Shown in pieces: positions 12,111-23,481 of a stretch of 34,446 bases of DNA. Location: assembly GCF_001194135.2 (NCBI RefSeq), contig NC_068987.1, positions 66,491,408-66,525,853 on the forward strand. Direction: 5' to 3'. This DNA is from Octopus bimaculoides (lineage: Eukaryota). The translations under genes and the position numbers were made by a program. How positions within the stretch are numbered: the stretch's first letter is position 1; every line of letters starts with the position of its first letter. The notes under the pieces are model-generated. The model did not search any database. It saw only the letters and a list, made by a program, of their open reading frames with translations, and was not told where the DNA came from.

Positions 12111-12261
12111 ATGTATGTATGTATGTATGTATGTATGTATGCATGCATGCATACATACATGCATGCATACATACAAGCATACATACATACATGCATGCAT
12201 CACTATAAACAAATTAGTTATTCAATTAACGCTTCTACGTCGTCTTGGACGGGAGAATCCA

Positions 12262-12336
<75 letters not shown>
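12111..12336. repeat. (TATG)n/(CATG)/(CATA)n array, short spacer, then (CA)n(TA)n
   Basis: Direct reading. Confidence 0.93.
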
Positions 12337-12695
12337 ATATGAGAGACCAAGGAAGATTTTTAATGATCAGTTACAATTGTTTCTGTATCAAATATGCTTT
12401 TAACGCCAGTTCAAGCGTGAAAGTTGCGTCTGTACATTATGCGTCTGCCAGAGAAAGCAAAGAGTAAATAAAGATGAAAATGTAAATGGACTGTGAAAAG
12501 ATGCCAAAGTAGATAAAAGTAAGGTTAAGTGATGAGGACGCAAGAGGAAGGGAAGGAGAAGATTCGAAACGAAGACAAAGTAGTAGGAGGACAAAAGTAT
12601 GGAGAGGTAAAAGATTTAGAAGAGGTGGCAGAGGAATGGGAGTAGAAAGAGATTAGGAAAGAGACGGCGGAAACGAATAGCTGGAAAGAATAGGT

Positions 12696-12787
12696 TTCTT
12701 CTTCTTCTTCTTCTTCTTCTTCTTCTTCTTCTTCTTCTTCTTCTTCTTCTTCTTCTTCTTCTTCTTCTTCTTCTTCTTCTTCTTCTT
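12696..12787. repeat. (CTT)n microsatellite running into a gap
   Basis: Direct reading; gap 12788-13354. Confidence 0.97.
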
Positions 12788-13467
12788 NNNNNNNNNNNNN
12801 NNNNNNNNNNNNNNNNNNNNNNNNNNNNNNNNNNNNNNNNNNNNNNNNNNNNNNNNNNNNNNNNNNNNNNNNNNNNNNNNNNNNNNNNNNNNNNNNNNNN
12901 NNNNNNNNNNNNNNNNNNNNNNNNNNNNNNNNNNNNNNNNNNNNNNNNNNNNNNNNNNNNNNNNNNNNNNNNNNNNNNNNNNNNNNNNNNNNNNNNNNNN
13001 NNNNNNNNNNNNNNNNNNNNNNNNNNNNNNNNNNNNNNNNNNNNNNNNNNNNNNNNNNNNNNNNNNNNNNNNNNNNNNNNNNNNNNNNNNNNNNNNNNNN
13101 NNNNNNNNNNNNNNNNNNNNNNNNNNNNNNNNNNNNNNNNNNNNNNNNNNNNNNNNNNNNNNNNNNNNNNNNNNNNNNNNNNNNNNNNNNNNNNNNNNNN
13201 NNNNNNNNNNNNNNNNNNNNNNNNNNNNNNNNNNNNNNNNNNNNNNNNNNNNNNNNNNNNNNNNNNNNNNNNNNNNNNNNNNNNNNNNNNNNNNNNNNNN
13301 NNNNNNNNNNNNNNNNNNNNNNNNNNNNNNNNNNNNNNNNNNNNNNNNNNNNNNTAAGTAAATGCACGATAAATAAGTATAATATAGTACAAAGTAAAAA
13401 TCATAAGATAATGATAAATTGAATTGAATTGAGTTTTTACCTGTAAATTTGGATTTTTATCCCTAAT

Positions 13468-13502
<35 letters not shown>

Positions 13503-13519
13503 TTATTTATTTATTTATA

Positions 13520-14110
13520 CAGGCAGCGCTAGATAAATTGTCGCCATTTTATATTTTTAATTTCACGCATGAATATTGTTTTTGATTTTGTCGACTACAC
13601 AGGGTGCGGTAAATAAATTGTCCTCAAAATTATGCCAAAATGAAAATAACACTGACATCTCATTTTAACAGATATATTTACCAAAATTACATTAAAATAT
13701 CCTGAAAAATTAAAGAGTAAATCTATTGAATAAAATCGCCATTGGCTTCAACCACGGCCTCCAGACGATTTCGGAATATCCTGCAACCCTTCTGGACAGT
13801 CTCCTTGCTTTAGTTGGTAAATGCTACCATAATCCTTGCCTTCAGTTCAACTTTGTTCTTACTAGGAGATTTGTTGGTCTTTCATTCAATTACACCGCAC
13901 ACAAAGTAATCAAGGAGGTTACAGTCTGGGGAGTTAGATGGCCAAATTTTAGGGCGATGTCGTCGCAGAAGTTGTCTGACAGCCATGACTGGGTTCTTCT
14001 GCTTGTATAGCATGGTGCAGACACCTGCGTAGTCAATTAAATCAAAAACAAACAATGCGCATGCGCTAAATTAAGATATAAAATGGCGACAATCTATCCA
14101 TCGCACCCTG
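13520..14110 (-). mobile_element. Internally deleted Tc1/mariner DD37D (maT-like) transposon, plus an extra inverted copy of its 5' end
   Basis: Minus strand 14027-13723: SAPCYTSRRTQSWLSDNFCDDIA/PKIWPSNSPDCNLLDYFVCG...FRNRLEAVVEANGDFIQ*. There are 37 residues between the expected second Asp position (lost at the deletion junction) and the LD Asp. TIRs CAGGGTGCG..ATA.ATTGTC at 13600-13625 and 14085-14110 (TA follows). An extra head at 13520-13598 is preceded by TA. Confidence 0.9.
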
Positions 14111-14132
14111 TATATGTATGTATGTGTGTATG

Positions 14133-14171
<39 letters not shown>

Positions 14172-14321
14172 CTAAATATCTGAACCCTAGGTACATGGTT
14201 AATAGTTTAGCGATTAAAGCACTTTCACCGATTAGGCTACCTGATGTCAGTCACACTCATGATATAAGTGTCACTGGATCTATGTCAGGAAATACGCAGT
14301 GTATGTTGAGTTTATAATAAA

Positions 14322-14723
14322 CGAGAGCAAACGAAAATGGGGTTAGCAAATAGAAAGATTGTTTCGACCAATCCCGCACCTGTCCCTTGCATGTGGGATA
14401 TTGTACAGCTAGTTTTGTCGCACCCACAAGTGCAAAATGCATCACATCCGGTGTCTCGTTTTGAATAAGATACTTCACTAAATATACTCGGTTACGCTTC
14501 ATGTTCTGCGGTCGCCAGTAGGTTGATGGCAAGCGAAACTGAGTGTATTTAGTGAAGTATTTTATTTAAAACGAGACACCCGATGTGATGTATTTTGCAC
14601 TTCTGGGTGCAACAAAACTAGCTATATAATATCCCACCTTCAAGGGACAGGTGCGGGATTGGTCGAAACAATGGTTGTGTAGAATAAAGATTTTTTTCTA
14701 ACTCCATGTTCCGTTTCCCTCAT
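14322..14723. mobile_element. Foldback (hairpin) MITE-like element 1
   Basis: Ungapped 142-bp inverted arms 14358-14499/14531-14672, 129/142 identical with the outer 32 bp perfect, and a 31-nt loop. Weaker outer arms at about 14322-14350/14694-14723. No ORF; superfamily not assignable. Confidence 0.85.
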
Positions 14724-14775
<52 letters not shown>

Positions 14776-14889
14776 GGAGTGTATGTATGTATGTATATCT
14801 ATGTATGTCTTTGTGCTTCTGTTTGTCATCCACTTCCACCTGACAACTAACAAGTGGTGTTGGTTTGTTTACTTCTCCGTAACAATAGT

Positions 14890-14995
14890 GATTCTGCGAA
14901 AGAGACCGATTTATTAAGCACTGGTGTCGATTCGTTCGACTTAAACCCTTCAAGATGGTACCCATGCATGGACTCAGTCCAAGCTTGAATCAATC
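14890..14995 (+). mobile_element. Probable 3' fragment of a related SINE
   Basis: GAAAGAGACCGAT..TAAGCACTGGTGTCGATTCGTTCGACT..CCCTTCAAG..CATGG..CAGTC. The ACTGGTGTCGAT block matches SINE A (3111-3122), but the tail differs. Confidence 0.45.
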
Positions 14996-16164
14996 TTTCC
15001 CCGATAAAATATTTGAATAAGAATCTATCAGTTTTATCCCTTAAGATAATTATATAATTAACTTTCTAATCAACTTGCTAGTTTAATCGGCCACAAGACA
15101 TTGCTACGCAAGATATGTTGTGTTAAAGTAAATTGCATCTTTACGTTTATGTTTTCCACATTAGATACGTGTAAATTATTAATCTGAAAGTGGGTTAGCT
15201 CTAGGAGGAATTAAGGAAGTAATATGAATCTGAATTTAGTAACAGCCAAAATAGGTGTGACTTTCAGAATGTCTTCGAAAATATCAATAAGCATTTCAAC
15301 AGCAATATCTGCACATTGTGTAAAAATAAAGACAGGTAGTCTCAAAGCAGGTATTCCATAGGATGAAATCAAAACATATCGATGAATTTGGTTGATGCTA
15401 TGACACGTTAGATTGTATATTGAGTATCTTGGCACCTCCAGAGCACAAAGTGAATAAAATTCTCTTACAGATAAAACTAATACATCGCATATGATAAATG
15501 TATGTGTTCATACTATATATTCAGTATATTTGTAAGTTAAAGAAATCTTATCCATTGAGGATGGCGGATCCTATTTCCAAATTCTATTGCTACGAGTTCC
15601 CTTCGATGTGGTGTAGAGTAAATTGTTTGGAAAATTCTTTGAAGATTTGATCATCTCAATGAAAGCTAATTGTGTTTCTTTTCCACACGTAAGCGAAAAA
15701 TCCTTTCGTGTGCGTCTGAATATATAGGTAGTTTCATGGTTCGCTTGCTTTTCGGTTTGGCTAGATCAAATACGAATATATCTCTGAAAACAACAACACC
15801 AATCTCCTACCATCAGCACCGCTATAAACACCTCCACTACAACATAATAACAAGAACACTAACAAAAAACAGCAACACCTACAGCAAAAATAACGACAGC
15901 ATAAACACTTCTAGTTAGGAAATGAATCAAAAAATGAATACAAAGAAAAATACACAACTACAAAATTTCAATCAGATACGAGTAGTAAGCTGTTGTTCCG
16001 AAATTTTCTATGAAATATATCACCATGAATGGCCGAAATTTCCGTAGAACTGGTGTTGCCATTAGCAACTGGTAGGTGAATGTGAAAATGATGATGATGA
16101 AGAAAACGCTAGCAATGATTATTATGAAGGCCCTTTTTACAGTACTGTCTGTTTTTTGTTCTTG

Positions 16165-17093
16165 TTGATGTTGAAGAGGAGGAGGAGGTAGAGGAAGAGG
16201 AGGAGGAAGAGGAAGGAGGAAGAGGAGGAGGAAGAGGAGGAGGAAGAGGAGGAGGAAGTGGAGGAGGAAGAGGAGGAGGGAGAGGATATTGATGTTGAGG
16301 ATTATAATGAGAAAGTTGATTCCGGTGATGATGATGAGAAACGTGATTACGATGATGATGATGATGATGACGATGATGATGATGATGACGATGATGACGA
16401 TGATGACGATGATGACGATGCTGATAATGGTATTGGTGTTGGTGGTTTCAGTGTGGTGGTGGTGATGGTGATGGTGGTGATGCCGATGATAAACGGCGGC
16501 GACGACGATGACAATGATGGTGATGATGATGGTGCTGATGATGACGGTGATGATGATGATGGTGATATGATGATGACGATGAAAATGTTGATGATGACGA
16601 TGATGATGATGATGATGATGATGACGACGACGACGATGATGATAATGATGATGGATTAAGATAATGATGAAGTGGCGGAAAAGAAGCGAAACGGAAAGGT
16701 TTTGAATGAAGAGGAAAAAGAAGCAGCGCCCAAATAAATCGATATTCATTCGTGTTTCATATTCAATACGAGACATTATATAAACAATACTCCAATATAA
16801 AAGAAAAAATCAAATATACGGGTTGCTATTTTTGGGAATGATGAATTAAGTCTATAAATCTAAAGACAGTTGATGCTATCTGGAAATAGATGGTCACCTT
16901 TCAGGCATTTAAATCACAGGAAAATAATATTCATAATTTTCTTTTATTTCCTTTTTAAAAGCGATCATACTTTGAATATTGACTTTCCAATCATAGAATT
17001 AGAAATAAACATGAAAGTCGGAAAACGAAAGCAAAATAACCATAACAACAATAATTATGAAAATGAAAAAATAGTAATAATAGTAATGTTGAA

Positions 17094-17131
<38 letters not shown>

Positions 17132-17335
17132 CGAGGAAGAGGAAGAAGAAGAGGTGGGGGAGGACGACGACGAAGGGGACGAGAATGACGACGACCACGA
17201 TGATAATAATAATAATGGTAATGATATTAATAAAAAGAAGAGAAACAATTATGATAATGATGATGACGATGATGATCATGATGAAAATGATGAAAATGAT
17301 GATGATTATGATGAATATGATGATGATCAGTAGGA
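16165..17335. repeat. Two degenerate purine-rich trinucleotide fields (GAG/GAA, GAT/GAC, GGT, ATG, ATA) at about 16165-16665 and 17040-17335
   Basis: Direct reading. All frames give homopolymeric peptides. Confidence 0.9.
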
Positions 17336-17953
17336 GGAACAACAACCACAACAAGAACAACAAGGGGAAGGGCAAACAGGTTGGTTTATCAACACATCTG
17401 CTTCTCTGGAAAACTGATAACAGCTATCTCTAAGCTAATCAATATCGCATCTATATAATAATCAATAACCGGAGTTATCGAAAGCGATCGATATATCACC
17501 TATGCAATAAGATGTCAAGATATACCATGTACGGTGTCAGTGATGTTTATCTTGTCCTTTTTTTCCTTGTGTGTGCGTTTTTTTTTTAGTTTAATAATTC
17601 AACTAACCTCAGGAATTCTAATTACTTTGAGTTGTGCATAAAGACCTGTATAATATTCAGTGTCTTGTATAATATGATTGTTATTAATCTTGTTAATAGT
17701 AACTTTAAGAATAATGAATGGAAAAATGTAAAGAACGCCTGACAAGAATGACATGCAATAATAAATCATATCCCTTTAAGTTGCGAGTTCAAATCAATGT
17801 TACCGACTTTGCCATTTTCTTTTTACCGGGCCTACTAGTATAAACAGTAAGATTAACCTAACTATGCTTCTTGCAGACGTTTCTGTCCCGAATCCACTTG
17901 TTTGTAACAATTTTGCTTTATATTCTTTCTGGGGGTCGAAAATTATAAATATT

Positions 17954-18156
17954 GATTGCAACATTTGGCACAAGGCCAGAAATTTCTAGGGAAGAGGAAA
18001 AGTGATTTCATCGACTCCAATGCTTATCTGGTACTATTTTATTGACTTCGACTCGATGGAAGACAATGTCGACCTCAGTGTAATTTGTACTCGGAACATA
18101 AAGACGGACAAATGCTGTTAAGCATTCAGTCAGGTGTGTTAACGATTCGTCGACTT
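17954..18156 (-). mobile_element. SINE family A, copy 4 (diverged) with a perfect 19-bp TSD
   Basis: Collinear with the other copies. Flanked by the identical sequence GTCGAAAATTATAAATATT at 17935-17953 and 18157-18175. Confidence 0.88.
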
Positions 18157-18535
18157 GTCGAAAATTATAAATATTACAATTACTTTAAGCGAATCGTATT
18201 GATTTTACTACATATAAAATTAATATATTTTCATTAATTGTACCCATAATGTCATTTCCGGTTTGTCTTGGGGTACATAAATGGGGTTAAGGGAATGAAG
18301 ATATCCAGTGTACAAAATATGTAAATGATCCTATATTGATTCTATTTATATTCTTTAGCTCAGTCATAAATATATGGTTTCAATAAATGACTGGATTTTA
18401 TAGGACAGGTCAAAACACGCTGATTGTAGAGCAGTGGTTGTGAAGAGTATTGTGTTTTTTCATGTTTGTTTACCTTGTAAACTATAGCACATCAACAAAG
18501 TTCAACTGGCAAATGCAAGAATTTGTAGCACTCGA

Positions 18536-18626
18536 ATGTATATAGGTATGTATGTACATATGTATGTATGCATGCATGCATGTAAGTATGCGTTTATACG
18601 CATATGCATACATACACACACACACA

Positions 18627-18712
<86 letters not shown>

Positions 18713-18743
18713 NNNNNNNNNNNNNNNNNNNNNNNNNNNNNNN

Positions 18744-18797
<54 letters not shown>
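18536..18797. repeat. Compound (TATG)/(CA)n/(TC)n/(TA)n-gap-(CA)n/(TA)n
   Basis: Direct reading; gap 18713-18743. Confidence 0.93.
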
Positions 18798-19461
18798 TAT
18801 TTTGTTTAAAAGAGTTCCAGCACTGTCTGTTTTTTATGTTTTATTTATATTCCTGCAAAACCAGACTGTTAAAGTCTGTCATACCGGCTATGATGAAATA
18901 CCACAAGGTATAGAAAATACGTATTCGCCTTTATATATTTAATCCTTTATATTGAATACTCAATATTTCATCTATTCAATAAGACATATTCCATATATTC
19001 AATAAGACATTCAATACTTTATTTCATTGTACCATCCATTTTTATTTTATATTATATATTGTATATTATATNNNNNNNNNNNNNNNNNNNNNNNNNNNNN
19101 NNNNNNNNNNNNNNNNNNNNNNNNNNNNNNNNNNNNNNNNNNNNNNNNNNNNNNNNNNNNNNNNNNNNNNNNNNNNNNNNNNNNNNNNNNNNNNNNNNNN
19201 NNNNNNNNNNNNNNNNNNNNNNNNNNNNNNNNNNNNNNNNNNNNNNNNNNNNNNNNNNNNNNNNNNNNNNNNNNNNNNNNNNNNNNNNNNNNNNNNNNNN
19301 NNNNNNNNNNNNNNNNNNNNNNNNNTATATATATATATATACGTAAATGTCGAACAATGAGAATGAGTGCTTAATACCGCATTGGTTGATAAAATTTCTT
19401 TATTTGGGTATTATGGCTACCATTGGTTTCATCCTTAGAAAATGGTATCCTTCATCCAGAA

Positions 19462-19505
<44 letters not shown>

Positions 19506-20109
19506 TTCTATGTAAAATGTCAAATATTGACATTCAATTCTGTCACTTCGCTTTAACTATATATATACACCTGTGAATAAGGAATGTTAGTTAATTAGAA
19601 TAATTATCTAAAACCTGTTCTTCCTGTTTCTAAAAACTAAGAGAGGCTTCAAATATTTTTAATATAGGAGCTTTCTATTCGGATTTTAAACTAAATATTG
19701 TTATAAGAGTAAATATTAGTTCTAAAGAATGGAATTGTTTTTGTACATCAGTTTTAATTTTGAATCACATGGCATAACGTAATCATAATACAAATTTTAC
19801 TACTCGTTCTTTTACAATTAAATACAAATTAAATGTCATCATTATCTTAAATATATTGTATTTTAATTATCATCACATGAAAGCACATATTGAGTCTAGA
19901 GGTGGAGAGCTGAAACGAATTCCATACGGCAATGAGATTTCGTCCATCTAGTTTCTTCGCTCAACAAGTTTTAAATGTATATGATAAATACCGAAATGTA
20001 GATTTCAGTTACTTTTAGTTATTTACCTAAATTGTATTGCAATTATTTTCATCACATTTTAAAGATATATTTTACGTTTAATCACCCCAGTCTCAATATG
20101 GTATATATA

Positions 20110-20323
20110 TTGGTTTCAAATTTTAGCACCAGGGCAACAAGTTTGAGGGAGAGTGTAAGTCGTTTACATCGATCCCAGTGTTAAACTGGTACTCATTTTA
20201 TCGACCCCGAAAGGATGAAAGGCAAAGTCAACTTCAGCGGAATTTGAACTCAGAACGAAAAGACGGACGAAATGCCGCTAAGCATTTTGCCCTGCGTGCT
20301 AACAATTCTGCTAGCTTGCCGCC
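20110..20323 (-). mobile_element. SINE family A, copy 5 (best preserved, full length)
   Basis: Minus strand: GGCGGCAAGCTAGCAGAATTGTTAGC (A-box-like)...GAGTTCAAATTCC (B-box)...GCCTTTCATCCTTTCGGGGTCGATAAAATGAGTACCAG (resembles the Meta-type central domain as I recall it)...AAAATTTGAAACCAATAT. Imperfect flanking repeat TCAATAT..TATATATT at 20093-20111 and 20327-20343. Confidence 0.9.
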
Positions 20324-20397
20324 TGGTCAATATACTATATATTAGCAATGCACACCATTCGATTAAATTTACAATACAAATGCTGTTGTTAAATTGA

Positions 20398-21171
20398 CTA
20401 TACAAACGTTGTCATCAGCCTTCCCGCATAAAAGAAACAAGCACTTGTATAGAGAATGATATCAAAGGAACCATTACAAATATGTATTCCTTTATATTCT
20501 CATATACCTAATTTTCTCTTTAGTTTCCTGTTATATATATTCGATACAATTGCATGCCTTACGGCAACTCTAACGTTTCTGTATCTGGAGATTGCTACTA
20601 TAATATTTTGTGACCATACATAGTAAAGTAATGCAGTAATATTCAATACTGAGAAAATATCAGAGAATGTAACAGATTTTAACAGGATCAGAGGAGAAAA
20701 CAGTTTTTCTTCAGAGTTATGTCCTTTCAAATAATGTAAATATTTATTGCCGATATTTCAACAGAATTCCTGATGGAATGAGAAAAGAGGTAAAACTAAC
20801 AGTATAGAACTATAGGAATAATTTGTGATAAACTGCTGAAAAATTAATGAAGGTCACAATATTGCAAAGAAACTCTTATAGAAATTGATCCAATTCACTG
20901 CATAGCCCAAACAATAGACTACAATAGTACAATATCTGGTATCGATCACCTTTCAGTTAACCATCAATTTCTCGTAACTCCTTTCCAGGTATTTTATGAA
21001 ACTATTTAAATCTATGATTGTCGTTTGGCGTGAAAACCTCGTATCAACCAATTCTCTGACAGAAAATATAAGGCCGTTGATCTTACTATGATCAATAAAT
21101 TCTAAGGACAGCGAATTTATTCTCAGTAGGTTAGCAGCTATTTTCAATCAAATAATATAAGAAAAAGAGAT
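20398..21171 (-). pseudogene. Possible decayed membrane-protein ORF: 257-codon frame broken only by five TGA codons
   Basis: One frame between TAA (21172-21174) and TAG (20398-20400) has no TAA or TAG. It contains hydrophobic segments and joins supplied ORFs 20953-21147 and 20500-20730. Homology not recognised. Confidence 0.3.
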
Positions 21172-21289
21172 TTAAAAACTTAACACGAACATTGTTTCCT
21201 TTCATTAGACAGAAGGGAAGATAGTATTTACTGAGAAACGCGATCGAGTTTACCTTACAGCTAATCGGAACACATACATATAATACACG

Positions 21290-21295
21290 TAGGCT

Positions 21296-21328
<33 letters not shown>

Positions 21329-21380
21329 ACACACACACACACACACATACACACACACACACGAACACACAAACACACTC
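21290..21380. repeat. (CA)n microsatellite
   Basis: Direct reading. Confidence 0.95.
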
Positions 21381-23419
21381 ATTATGTGTGTATATGTGTC
21401 TGCGTTTTTGAGTGCTTTAAATACATACAGAGGTCCAATATTGATTTTATAAAGGTTTCAATACTTTGAGTTTAAAATTCATTATAAAACAGTAGGGAAG
21501 TGAAAACAATACTAGCTTTTCGAGTTGGAGATGGAGGTAAATTACATCGGTCGGTTTTCAAATATCTTTGCATGTTGACACTTCAATTCATATCACGACC
21601 AAGACTCATAGATGAAAGCGAAACTGACATCCACATAATTGCGTTTCTTTTAGATGTGTTAAATTGTTACCAAAACAAAACGATGTTTTGACAACATTCT
21701 GTAAGTTTATTTTCCTTTTAATATGAATATTGCTTTAGACATCAAAGTTACGTCATTTATGTAAGCATACATTTAACAAAGAAGAAAACAAATTGTGTTG
21801 CATCACGTAGAATATGATTTTAAAAGCTTTCAAGTTACATTATGAAATGACATTTCTTTTTGTTCTTTATGCTCACCGTTTTATAGTATTCTAGCAATGT
21901 ATATAAAAGCAAAATGTTAAAATATTTGCTTGTAAAAATGCAATATCTTTTTCGAGGCTCCCTCAAATGACCACGCATTTGCCCTATCCATTTTTATAGT
22001 TTCTCTTATATTGCTTCTAAAACTCTCCCAGATATTTCACAAAATTGAGAAATAATTTATTTAGAAAAGGTGAATTAACAACCATACCACATACACAAGC
22101 GCACACACTCAAGCATATACTTACCTACTCTGTTTCATAGAAATGCATTCTCACACAAACAAATAGACACTCACATGCAATCACGTTAAATGATATATGC
22201 ATCTATTTGTATAAATATATGCATGCAGTAATTTAACTAAAGTGGAGAAGCAGTAATCTAAGGAGCCTCTATTCTGTATCAGGTTAACATTCTAATTATT
22301 TCCTGTAGAAAAATTACAGCATAAATAACTTGCAGTTTCAATCGCTCACAGAATTTCATCAAAGAATAATTTCATTCTCTGTATGAATTGCATGAATGTC
22401 TTCATACAAAAGGTGATAATTAGCATAAGAGATAAGGTGCTAAGCCTAAATGCCGAATAATATTCAGTTTCGTCTGTTTCTCATTTAAATAAAAATTACA
22501 TTAACGTCAAAATTAAGCTTTTATTTAATCCTATCAAGGTCCTCCAAAAAACGGGTCTAGTAAAATATTAAACACAATCAATCTAGTAAAAATCTATTAA
22601 AATAGTTTCGAATTATTCTCAATAATAAGATGAATTGATAGAGTTTTTAAAAAATGGATTCCATTTCAATCGTTCAGTGTAAGTGTAGCGAGATAACAGT
22701 AACGTACACTGTTGAAAGCAAGACGCATCCCTGAAATGCAAATTTTTTGCATATTCAACGGAAGATAACTCTTAGCGACGTTAGTGTGTTTAAAAGCACA
22801 ATGCATATTGGAAGGAGGCAAAAAATATCAAAGCATCGGCTAAACCTTTTTACGGTGGCATCTACTCACTGCATATCTATATGGAGTGTAATCTCCGGAC
22901 GAATGCTGCAGGAAATTTATCTTTTAGCAATAGATAGCCAGCCATTTTAATTTAGTACGATTTCTGTTGCCCTTAACGGATCCATACGCGCCATTGATTA
23001 AATTGAACGAGACTAAAGTGCATGTGGGTTCTTCGATTGATCCTGTTGTGGAATTTTCCGCCTTCCTCCGATAAAAAGTATACTTTCAAACACAGTACAT
23101 CTATGAGATGTTATCTCTGGCCGACTAACAACAGCAAATAAGCTTTTCAACGATATATTTACACTGAGCGTGATATATACAGGAATATATATGTGTGTGT
23201 TTGTGTGTCTGTCAGTCTGTGTGTGTGTGTATAAGTGTAAGAGGAAGAGGGCGTTAGAGGCGAGAATAATTAGGGAAACAGATGAGAAGGTGTCTCGAAG
23301 TGTGGGTGTCAAGCGATACAACGGTGACCTGCAATGAATGTGTGTTATTGTGAGCAAATTCGTGCTTGTGTATGAAACTAACTTGTATACACACACATAT
23401 ATGTACAGGCATGCATACT

Positions 23420-23435
23420 TGCATAATATCTCCCC

Positions 23436-23481
<46 letters not shown>

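Noticed and set aside
15572-15765. About 65-codon stop-free minus-strand frame (…HETTYIFRRTRKDFSLTCGKETQLAFIEMIK…)
   Set aside because: Short enough to arise by chance, with no donor site or recognisable motif.
15958-17433. Long ORFs (272, 133, 187 aa), including an acidic poly-D/E peptide and a His-rich peptide
   Set aside because: Explained by degenerate GAT/GAG/ATG arrays that lack stops by composition; no domain or splice support.
18418-18510. Minus-strand exon candidate (GCCAG ... ACAAG|GTAAAC)
   Set aside because: All three frames of the 32-nt segment contain a stop.
18972-19010. Duplicated TATTCAATAAGACAT, and TGCTGGAATA twice at about 8137-8156
   Set aside because: Two-copy slippage duplications; no spacer array, so not CRISPR-like.
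20398-21171. Mitochondrial insertion (NUMT) as the explanation for the TGA-only frame
   Set aside because: Translation with the invertebrate mitochondrial code gave no motif I recognise from the 13 mitochondrial proteins; not formally excluded without a search.
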